DNA of 64,000 nt from positions 83,390,001 through 83,454,000 of the forward strand of contig CM060731.1 in NCBI GenBank assembly GCA_030704615.1, written 5' to 3'. Below are positions 47,973 to 58,385 of this stretch, one piece after another. The position numbers and the translations under genes were made by a program. The stretch's first letter is position 1. Each line of letters begins with the position of its first letter. The notes below the pieces were generated by a model. That model saw only the letters and a list, made by a program, of their open reading frames with translations. It searched no databases and had not been told where the DNA came from. Source of the stretch: Takakia lepidozioides. Lineage: Eukaryota > Plantae > Bryophyta.

Positions 47973-50900
47973 ATGCCGCCTGAAGGGCGTGGCTCTCCTG
48001 AGAGAGACCTCACATCCAGACCGCGGCGGAAGTTGAAAGCTCTGTACTACGGACGACGGCCAATCTCTCGCATGGCCAAACTGAAGCTCCAGCAGGAGAT
48101 TCCAGTGTCTTGCTCACAACCTGCGCCAACTGAAGTCGAGTACTCTCAGGCAAGCCACTTCTGCTTTCGGTTTGTTCGATTTATTTTTTGCTTTCGCTTT
48201 GTTTTTGCATCTTCATCCTGGCTTTGCTGTATGAGTGAACTTTAGATAGTTGAGTGAACCTTAGATTGTTTGCAATGCGTGTGCAAATCCGGCAGCTCTG
48301 GAGAAGGCTGCTTGTGCATGTCATTCTTAGGCAATGGTTGCATTTGTTTTCATTGTTGTTGCATGGCTCTCCATACTTCCTAAACTTGTTATGTTTTCAT
48401 TTTTGCTACATGATTGTTGCTATGGTGGTTGCGCTGCTCGTTGCGATGCTGCTTTTTGCACCGATGTTGGTTTTCACGATTTTTGTCAATGACAGAGTGA
48501 CGACGAGCCCGGCACGCTGGTGGTATCATCGACAGCTCCAACTCATCGCATGTTTGAATCGCCCAACTTGGGGCGAGAGGGCAAACTTAAACCTTTTGTT
48601 GGTGGACGGGAGGACTTGCAACGAGATTACGACAAAGTAGGCATTGGGGAGGTTGGTGCAGGCGGCATGGCAGGTGAAGGGCGTGAGGACATGAGGACAG
48701 CAGATCCGGCAATGGAGGTTGTTCATGCACATGCAGTAGGGCCCGCCCACGCAAAGAAAAAGAAGAAAGCTAAGCACATGCAATCCCCGGCGAGAGAGCA
48801 GTCACGGGCTGCGGAGGGGGGAGTGAGCAGTGCGCGCGAGGGTTTCAGTTCGCCTCAATCAAAGGTGGTCGTCCTGGAGGGCTCCCCTGCTGCTAGCCCT
48901 AGTAAGAAACAGAAAGCCCGTGAGAGGGCAAAAGAGAGGGCAAAAGAACAGACGAGACAGAATGCTAGCCAGGAGGAAAGACAAAAGGCAGCTGAAGAGG
49001 CCAGGGGTGCCCAAATGACAGATGCCAATGTAAGCGAGGGACCCACAGAGACGGTGGATCCCTACAAGACACCACAGAGAGGCAGTAGCACACCGGTTAG
49101 ACCATCGCGGGCAAGAGCAGCCCCCGCAATTACCCATACGGTGGAGAGTGGAGGAGAGGAAAGAACATCTGAAAGAGCACGGATTGTGCAAGTTCGAGGT
49201 GAAGCCAGGGAGAGGGCAGTAGAGACGACAAGAGTGCTGGAGGTTGTTTCGCAGGTGGCTGACCCTGTTGAGGAGGACGACATGGAGGTTTCTGACCAGG
49301 ATGACATCCTCCCGGACATCCCCAGGCCCCAAACCCGGAGCATACAGGCTGGATTTGGCGGTCCTGGTGGGCTGCCGGAAAACCCCTCTGCAGCAGACGT
49401 CATGTCTGAGGCGGATATGAAGTTGGCCGCTGCCAAGATGTTGGAGGCAACCCACAGCAACATTGGCAGGGTGCTGGGGGGCATGGTGTACCCGGCCAAG
49501 CTTCGAATTCCCCTTTGCCGCTTGGTGTCATTGCAGGTGGTGAGACCTGCCCTGCCAGGCGATATCGACAAGCTGAAATTCTCTTTCCGGGATGGATATC
49601 GAATGGGGTCTGCCGCCTTTTACGTTTCCATTGAGAACGACCACGGAGCTTCCCGTGCCCACACTTCCGATGAGGTGGACAAATGGGGTCCCCATTGGCA
49701 AACGCGAAATGAGGAGTTCGAGAGATCGATTGCTAGTGATCCTCTTTTCCAGCACATGTCCGGTAAGATGTTCTACGTGTGGGACGGCAATCATCGCCTC
49801 CTGGCATGGATGGAGCACATTGCCCAAGCCCACCCCAACGATCTCGATTGGCATTTCGCCGTTGATTGTGTTGTGCTGAAGGTTGCGGGGCCCAAAGATC
49901 GCAGTCTTCTCAAAGCTGCAATGGCCGACATCAACTCGTAAGCTACAACCCCTCTCGCTTTTGGACTTTGAATTTGGAAGTCATTTCATTGCGAATCCTC
50001 ATATATGATGAAAATTCCCATTTCAGTATTGTTTGATGGAAATGTGGCACTGCAGGGTGACTGAGAATGCCTTCATTGCCACGAACTTGTCCCATATGCT
50101 CTTCCGAGTGAAGGATGTCGGGAAGCAGGGGGTGCAAGAGTTTGCCAATTCCCTCAGTGCCGACCTCCTGCGCAAGTCGGAGGCAAAGGCAGACAGAACC
50201 TGGTATAGGCTGAGCGTCGACGCCATGGTGGACTACATATTTCGGGTAAAGCTCCTCACAATTTTGTTGAGCTAATTTGTCTCTCCTCCCCCAATAGAAG
50301 AAATTGTGTTGAGCAGGATCTCTAATCTTATGTGCGCCTTTTCGACAGACGAAAATACAGCAGGATTTGGCACATGCGCGGAGGTTCTACATGGAGTCAG
50401 AGGAGAAGAATCCAACCCTCCCGGAACTCGAATCGTATGTCAAAGCTGCGGAGGTGAGGGCCCGCATAAAGTACAAGTCGCGGATGGTAAAGTACGTGGC
50501 CATAGCTGATCCCGCCCTTGGTGCCGACTTTCTGGTGGAGGTGGGGAAGCACTACTCTCGCGCTCTGAAGCCCACGATGACATTGGAGAAGCTCCATCGT
50601 CTAGCCACATCCTGTGTGGATGCAACAGAAAAGGTGATACATTCTTAACCAAATTGTGGTGGCAACAACTCCTTTTTGTGGTGTTTGGCGCTTACGAATA
50701 TGCTGGGTGGTTGGACAGACCCGGTGGCTCCAAATCTGGAATGGTTCCCAAAGTACCAGGGACATGTGGAGCTTCCCCAAACCGGACAAACTCTCTGACC
50801 CCACATTCGACATGTGGATGAACCGCATGACATGGTGGTTTCAGGTACTTCCCCACGCTTCGTTTGGGGCTTGTACTCTAGTAGGGGGTGGATTCATTGT

Positions 50901-53900
50901 ATTTTTTGAGGAAAGCGATCTGATGGACAATCTCCACAGGTGACGACGAATGCGCAAGAGCAGCTGGACACACAAGCACATCAGTTCAAGATGGAGATAT
51001 CTCCTGCAGCAGAGAGCCTACGTGACTATGTGACGAGGTACTTTCTGCTCTACAAAACCAACCTATTCTTTCGGGAGATAGCAGATGCTCGCCGGAGCCA
51101 CGAGTTCACCGACCAGCCGAACGCGGACAAAGCAGCAATGCGCCTTCTGTACAGGTACATACGCGCTGCCTTTCTTTCAAGTCCTGGCATTGCAGGATGT
51201 TAGAGGCCTCAAGTGGTGTTAGGGAAAATGGCGCCGAATTTCCAGTCAGGGCTCCGAAAATGGCTAAGTCCCTAGACTGGCTGGCCCGGAACTGGAAATT
51301 CGGCGCCATTTTCCAGTTCCAGGCCCTATTGCCGTTCAGGGACTTACCCATTTTCGGCCCAAGTCCCTAGACTGGCTGGCCCTGAAGTGGAAATTCGGCG
51401 CCATATTCCAGTTTTTAGGCCCTATTGCCGTTCAGGGAATTAGCCATTTTCGGCCTAAGTCCCTAGTGTGGCTGGCCCGGAACTGGAAATTCGGCGCCGT
51501 TTTCCAGTTCTAGGCCCTATTGCCGTCCAGGGACTTAGCCATTTTCGGGCTAAGTCCCTAGACTGGCTGGCCCGGAACTGGAAATTCGGCGCCGTTTTCC
51601 AGTTCTAGGCCCTATTGCCGTCGAGGGACTTAGCCATTTTCGGGCTAAGTCCCTAGACTGGGTGGCCGTGAAGTGGAAATTCGGCGCCATATTCCAGTTG
51701 TAGGCCCTATTGCCGTTCAGAGACTTAGCCATTTTCGGACCTCATTGTGTTTTTCATGAATGCAGGTACTGTAAGTTCTCGCTTTTGGAGAAAGGTCATC
51801 TGTCTTTCGAGCCACCATTCTTCCTGGCATGGAGGAACCCTGGGGCTGACTCCATGTACACTGACGATATTGTGAAGGAGTGGCATCTGGAACATTTGCG
51901 TGATTGCCCTTGGTATGTGGACCTTCCGCCCGGCTCGCTCGACCCATCCGAGTTTCAATTGAAGCTGGATGCTGAATTCCGACGAAACCGGGCTCCGCTG
52001 CCTCCGTTGGGTGCAAAAGAGGCAAAAGCGCTTGCGAACTCCAGGAAAGCGGCAGAGCTTGCTCAGGCAGGATTCAGGAGAAATTGCATGAGAAGAGTAA
52101 AGGTCAAAGGAAAAGGACAAGGAAACAGGTGACTGCAGTAACACCCAAAAAGAAGAAAACCATCGGGGCATCGGAGGAGGCGCAGGAGGGGACCCAAGAG
52201 AGTGACTCCGACGCCGATTTTGTTCAAGGTCTTGCGACTGCTGTTGCTCCTACCCAGTCACCGGTCGTCCGGGTTCCCAAGTCAGTTCGGAGTGGGACTG
52301 GCTCTGCCAAGAAGTTGGCATTTGAGGGCGAGCCTACACGGCGGTATTCGGCGGTGACGTTTACGCACAGGCCAAAGCTAGAACCTCCAACCATCATCCA
52401 ATGCGTCAATGAGAGCTTCCTTGACGCTCTCGCTGCCAGGGCGAAGAAGGTGGCACACAACAAGTCTCTGGCGGAGCAGAAGGGGAAAGCCAAGAAGAGG
52501 CTGGCGGTACAGAGCCTAAAGACACCCCTGGTTTTGAAGCCATGATGGAATTCTTCACGGCTGTGAGCACGAATTGCAAGAGCACTCGGGGGGGGTTGAG
52601 GTGGAGAGAGCTTGCGACATGATTCTCCTCGACATTCCAGATGGGGAGCTGCTGGAGGGCCTGGATGGTGTGCCCACCTGGAACAGGTTTACTGAGGACT
52701 ACTGGAAAGCCGGGTTTGGGCTGGCGGGGATGCTTCTGGATGACGGTGGATGTGTGGTTGTCCTTGCCACGAGAGGGAAGACCACAGAGAATGCGGTGGC
52801 AAGGTGGACACCGAAAAGTGTCACCCCGGTCCTCCTCAGAAAATGGTTCTGCATCAGTACGCAGGGGTTGCGAACAGAGGGCCAAAGTGTAAGTTATCAA
52901 TCTATTGCATTCACTTCATATTGTGGTGTATGTTAAGTAGACCCTGGAATTGATCCCTTCTTTGTTGGATGTGCAGACATTGGTGTTTGAGGCATATTGC
53001 TTTGTGAAGAGAGGGTCTACGTTCAAATTCCGCAACGACGGTCGTCTTGTTGATGCCGCTGTGGACCCTGTAACCTACGATGTCCTCTACAACTATGTGC
53101 CCCACTCTAGTATGCCGAAGGACACAAAGACAGGCAAACCGTGGCGGTACAGCCGGACCCGGAGCCCTGCTTTCATCCAAACCCTCATGGAGACGTGCTC
53201 GGATGTCCAAGGGCGGATTCTGGACCTCACATGCGGCACGGGTAAGCCTTCACGTGCTCAGTTTGTCCCCTGGCCCCATTGCAATTGCATGCCGCAAGCT
53301 ATTAACCGCCCGCTTTGTTCCTCAGGTGCTTCAATGTGGGCAGGGACGTTGTCCGACAGGCATGTGTTCGCCTTCGAGCCAGATACTGCCCTCCACAACT
53401 CGGAACTTGCAGCGGCTGAACGTCTGCCGAAAGAGGAAGAGGCATCCTCGGAGGATGAGGAAAAATCCGAGAAGGAGCAGGGGGAGGAAGTTGGGATCGA
53501 GGCCGAGGAGCCCCCGGTTTACGAGTGAGTGGTGGCATTGTAAGTTGCCTCCAGATTTTGTGAGGCACCTCCCTCCGCTCTCTTATTTCATTGAAAACCC
53601 TTTCTGGTTGTGCTGGTATTGACATTCTTCAAGTGGATTTGTTCTTACTGTAGGATGCCAAGTACTGCCGGAGGGACGTCTACACCGGAGTTCATGGGCA
53701 GGAGGAACGTGCCTTTTTTTGCCAGGGGGGATTTCATGCCTAGTCCAGAAAGGGAGTACATCCTTCCTACTTATGCTGCCCGGCTTGCTTCGGTGTCCAT
53801 TAGGAGGTGTTCCGAACGTAGTCGTGTACAGCAGATTTTAGACGAGGCAAGCCTCAAGAAAATGAAGATGAGGGAGGAGGCAGCAGCTATTAGAGCCCGT

Positions 53901-54113
53901 CGAGCTCGTAGATTTGTGTTGGATTCTGCTGAGGAAAGTGGGGGAGAAGACGCAGAAGATTCCCAGGAGGTGAGGTGGACAGTCCCCCAAGGAGAGGACG
54001 GGATTTTTGAGAGGCATAGTGGAACTGATGCATCACAGAGCTCGGAGGATGAGGGGGATGAGGGGGATGAGGAAGAAGGTGGGGCAAGTTCCTCGGAGGG
54101 TGTAGGAGAGTAG
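47973..54113 (+). CDS. MULE-B ~10-exon ParB/Srx-like + beta-class N4C/N6A DNA-methyltransferase-like fusion gene (frameshifted as assembled)
   Basis: ParB-like RIPLCRL..VRP..IDKLKFSF..FYVWDGNHRLLAW..AMADIN (~49498-49937). MTase motif IV region DMILLDIPDG (52631) precedes RSPAFIQTLMETCSDVQGRILDLTCGTG|ASMWAG..RHVFAFE (motif X-I). GT-AG introns near 49938, 50245, 50633, 50845, 51155, 52890, 53242 and 53525. Three 1-bp deletions near 52073, 52499 and 52590. Confidence 0.8.
51220..51740. repeat. Intronic B-type palindrome array, 95-bp period
   Basis: GGCGCC cores at 51302, 51397, 51493, 51588 and 51683, inside the intron after the LLYR exon. Confidence 0.92.
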
Positions 54114-54342
54114 TGCCCATTCCGGCTATGACAGTTAGAACACACTTGTATAGACGTGGCTTGCCACAAAATTTGCAATAAAATGTTGCATTTCAAGTCC
54201 ACTGGTGCCACATTCCAACTTCACATGACCCTATTTCCGTGCCTCCTAACCCTATTTCCGTGGACTCACAATGGTCTGCTCATGCTTTTTTTTTTTCCGC
54301 TCATGCTCATGCCGCTCATGAAATAGCAGCCCCCATACAGTC

Positions 54343-55053
54343 TGCAGTACTTCACAATTCTGTCTTCTTCGGGTATTCGGCGGGAAAGGTTTGCAACTGA
54401 ACTGGGAAATAGGGTGCCGCATTAGGGTTCGCACGTGCAAAATTTCGGAGCGGTTTGGTGTTGGCGAAGGCCGCCTCTACCAGTACCTACGACGATACTT
54501 GGAAATGCGGCGCCGCATTTCCTTGTCGGAGGTCGAATGAGGAAAACAAGTTTTCGGAAAGCAGAAAAACATGAACCCTCCAACATACAAAAATACATGC
54601 ACGTGGAAACAAGTGAACGATATAGTAATATCTTAGTTCGAGCAAAACAGGTTACTGGTAGGCAAGACATATGTCGGACCTTTCTGTGGCCAGAGTCTGA
54701 GGTACTGGCAGCAGTACAGTTCTACTATCCGAAAAGGATGGGCGTACCATTGTATGGGGACCGCAAGCCAAGCTCACTGGTCCCCTGGATCCATATTCAG
54801 AAGAGTGTGAACCTCCTGGGGGCTCAACCCTGGTGCATGTATGAAGTGATGAGTTGTGGAATTACAACGGAGTCTCTTTAGGTACACGTAGTACAAATGC
54901 TTGCAAGGGCAGTATGATGCCCCCTTGTTCGCCATGATCTGGAAGTCGGTGCAATTGCAGGTGGGTAATTCTGAAATGGTGATGGTGTACACCTCATTGC
55001 GAACAGCTGAGCCTGCCGTGGCGAATCCTGGTGGGGGCACTTCTGTCGAGCTC
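54343..55053 (-). pseudogene. MULE-A 3' part: SWIM end of the A transposase and subterminal DNA
   Basis: SSTEVPPPG..VYTITISELPTCNCTDF..CPCKHLYYVYL continues A's ..NCTIQ (31190); A-type palindrome at ~54501. Confidence 0.85.
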
Positions 55054-55605
55054 TCCCGTTTCGGGGCCAGCCCCTCATTGGACTTCGCCATTTTGGGCCC
55101 CAAGTTGAGAAAATGGCGCCGAATTTCGAGTTTCGGGGCCTACAAATGGCTAAGTCCCTGGGGTGGCTTCCACCGAGACTGGAAATTCGGCGCCATTTTC
55201 CCAGTCTCAGGGGCAGCCACCCACGGGACTTAGCCATTTTGGGCCCAACCTGGAAACATGGCGCCGGAGTCTTCTGGTGCCATTCCTACTGGGACAACCA
55301 ACTCTCCACCCCAATTTGGCCGTTTGGCCTCACATTTGGCATTTTTGGGCCCAGAACTCTTGGGACTACAATGGCCACAAATCAAAGAAGAGCACCGGAT
55401 ATTTACCTGTATAGAAGGCGCATTGCCGCTTTGTCCGCGTTCGGCTGGTCGGTGAACTCGTGGCTCCTCCGGGCATGCGGTATCTCTCGAAAGAACAGGT
55501 CGGTTTTGTATAGCAGAAAGTACCTCGTCACATAGTCGCGGAGGCTCTCTACTTCTTCAGCAATCTCTAGCTTGAATTGATGTGCTTGGGTGTCAAGCTG
55601 TTCTT
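55054..55605 (-). pseudogene. MULE-D fragment: EQLDTQAHQF..LLYR exon and start of the intronic array
   Basis: Peptide nearly identical to B 50940-51154; the array units match those at 31191-31860. Confidence 0.85.
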
Positions 55606-56054
55606 TGGTGCGACAAAATGACATGGTGGTTCCAGGTAAGATGTTGGCAATACTGGTGGTGGCTTCATGTTACAGTTATTGTTGCAATTTCTCATCTCTA
55701 ACAATTTTGACGTGGTGGACTCGCAGCAATAGGAGGAAGCAGAGCGGCAGTTGGCTATGTTGGTTCAGAAAGGGTTCCTGCAGTTGCTAACCCAGGAAGA
55801 GGCTCCCACTCTGAAGACCCTCTCTGTCTGGGTGGACGATTTCCACCTCAAGTTCTGGAAGGAGCTATTCTGGTGCGAGATGAAGGATGGGCCTGCTCGC
55901 AATTGGCCGATTACTGAGCAGCCTGGTGGAACTTTACCAACTCGCAGGCTCCTGTACAGGTACATAGTTGTCATTGCAATTCACCCACCCTTCGCATATG
56001 CCATACAGCAAATGGGGTGTGGGAAGTAGCGGTCGAAAAAAAATCTGTAGGCTC

Positions 56055-56526
56055 GTTGTAGTCGGCAAACATTCCGGTAGTTGGCAGTAGTGTTGTTGCT
56101 CGTGGTCGGCGCCGACTACTGGGCTTAGACATTGTAGTCATAGTTGGCAACGACTAAAGGAAGGCGCTACGGTAGCCATTGGGTATAGTCGGCAACAACT
56201 ATAGTAAGCCGGCCCTATCGTAGCCAAAGTTGGCCTGGTCATAGTTGCCACCGACTATGACACAGGTTTTGTCCTTTAGGGGTTCATAGTCGCTGCCGAC
56301 TATTGCAAGTGGGCCGTGACTACTGCCCGCAAATTAAAATCTAACTCAATTCCATAGTCGGCAACGACTATGTGGTGGGTCCTTCGAAGCCATGCCGTAT
56401 AATGTACATCCACATTCCGGTATTGCCCTACTCGGTGGCTGGCTAACCCACAATTCGGAGTCGTAGTCACCACTGACTATGACACTGCCTTTGAACTATT
56501 TGGTGTCATAGTCGCTGCCGACTACT
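56055..56526. repeat. E-type intronic palindrome array TAGTCGGYRCCGACTA
   Basis: About 10 degenerate copies, e.g. TAGTCGGCAACGACTA and TAGTCGCTGCCGACTA. Confidence 0.85.
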
Positions 56527-57884
56527 GCATCTGGTAAGCGACAAAAAGGGTTGGTTTTCATATCTTACACTTCTCATTACAATCAAGCCAATGTCTGTCC
56601 TGACGTCGACTTTTGGTGCACTGCAACAGGTACATAAACTTTTATTTGCTTGCCAACAAACATATCAGGTGTATTCCCGCCAGTGTCACACAGTGGGCCA
56701 GCCTCCGATCAGCCTGCACAATGTACAACGGCAGGCAGTTAGGCGAGTACGTGAAAGTCACGCATCTGCCCTGCTACTGGTGGCTGGACTTGCCACCCGA
56801 TATCATTCCTGACGTTGAACTGGAAGCGTACAAGAAGTACACCAAGAACGAACTGGCAGCACCAACTCACATGGAGCCATTGACGGAAGAGGATCAAGGA
56901 GGCTGCAGTCGTCGCTGCCGCACACCTCCAACAAGCGAATACAGCTCTGGAAGAAGTGGTGGCCAAGAAGAAACCAAGGAAAATGAAACAGAGACCGAAG
57001 AAGACAGCCACCACAGGCCAGGCAACCCCCCCCCCCCGGCACAAGGCCTGCAGGCAATCAAGGTGTGGAGGGTGTGGATGAGACAGATGGTGCTTAGAGG
57101 GTAGACAACCAACTGGCGTTTACAGACGCCCTACACAACTTCCAGATTGAGCGAAGGAATCAATCTTCTCGAAACCCTGCTTGGGCAAACACAAGTGACG
57201 GTAGGGGCATGCAGCTCTCAACCGTGCTGCTTTACGAGGCTATCTCTTTGCGAGAAGGGGTACCAAACACAGACGTAGCATGCCTCAAGTGCGATTGGTT
57301 CCACCTTGTCATCCGGAGGCCTGCATCCAAAGGAACAACGAGTAAGTGGCCAGAGCCTAGGGGAGATATCGACGCGTTTCTGGAGAAGCACCACTCCCCC
57401 GAGCCTTTGCGTAGGGGTGGCACAGTCCCTAAAGTGGGGGCAGACCTTGTAATGGTGGATCTCCCAGATGGGCAGTCTACGAGAGGATGTGGCATAAATG
57501 ACATTGTGCCCGCTTGGAATGCAAAGTCAAAGGATACCGTCCCGCAAGCACTGGCACTGGCAGCATCCCTGCTCAAGGACGACGGCTGCCTTGTTATTTT
57601 CTACAAGGGTGATGCTAAGACAGAGGTGGAAATTCGGAGATGTGTGGGCCCAGCGGGGCCCTTCAAAGTTATCAAGAGAAAGTGGACTTGCCTCAATCGG
57701 CTACCACTTCAATCTGGAGAGCCAGGGCAGCCATAGGTAAGTTCAAACTGCCTAAACTGCTTATATTGTTTGCTGAGCACTTTCAACTTTTCATCGCATG
57801 TACCACATCTTCATCGACATTCTTTTAAAAATGTATTTAATAGTCGTCAAATATCCATTGTGTTAGTTATGGGTTGTCTACAGA

Positions 57885-58142
57885 TATATAGTCGGTGCAG
57901 ACTATGTCTGGGGTCGCATACTGTCTTTGCATAGTCGGCACCGACTATTTCTCAGTGCAGCCACGTTAATATTTATAGTCGGCACTGACTATTAGAATGG
58001 TGTGTCTTGTTAGTTAGTCATTGAAGTGCCGGATCGTCGGATTTGGTCGGTACCGATTTGGTTGGATTTGTTCGGATCATGGTCGGTGCCGACTATCAAC
58101 CAAAATTGCGTGGTTTCGACGTTATAGTCTGTAACGACTACC
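57885..58142. repeat. Second E-type intronic palindrome array
   Basis: ATAGTCGGCACCGACTAT at ~57931 and neighbouring copies, within the MTase intron. Confidence 0.85.
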
Positions 58143-58385
58143 ACAACTCATTGTAGAATTGTGCAGCTACAAAGCCCATTTGGTTTCTTGAAACATAACC
58201 TTTACATAATGTTGTACGTCTTCTCTTACATAATACCGATCTGACGGGGTTCCTCCTCAAATTTGTAATGGCAGACTGTGATTTTCCATGCATTTTGCCT
58301 ACTAAGGGGCATGGACGCCAATTTCAACTTGCGGGAGATAGCTGTAAAGCTTGACACCGACCACAACAGCGTCACTGTGGATGTG

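Larger units (their letters stand above)
41188..54334. mobile_element. MULE-B, full-length 13,147-bp element with transposase and ParB-MTase gene
   Basis: Imperfect TIRs GAGGTTTGCTATTTCATGAGC and GCTCATGAAATAGCAGCCCCC; perfect 8-bp TSD ATACAGTC at 41180-41187 and 54335-54342. Confidence 0.93.
55606..58385 (+). pseudogene. MULE-E fragment: divergent subfamily of the MTase-like gene
   Basis: Exon ends MTWWFQ|GT and RLLYR|GT fall at the same intron positions as in B. Also PCYWWLDLPP, ADLVMVDLPDG..VPAWN..LLKDDGCLVIF..KRKWTCLN, and IFHAFCLLRG. Confidence 0.75.

Noticed and set aside
47973-54113. Bacterial or phage contamination as the source of ParB-MTase
   Set aside because: The gene has GT-AG introns at positions conserved across subfamilies and is nested with plant LTR elements through TSD-supported junctions.
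18393-54334. Single 36-kb transposon bounded by the perfectly matching GGGGGCTGCTATTTCATGAGC ends
   Set aside because: The flanks share no TSD. Each end pairs by TSD with a different GAGGTTT-type end (40768 and 41188).
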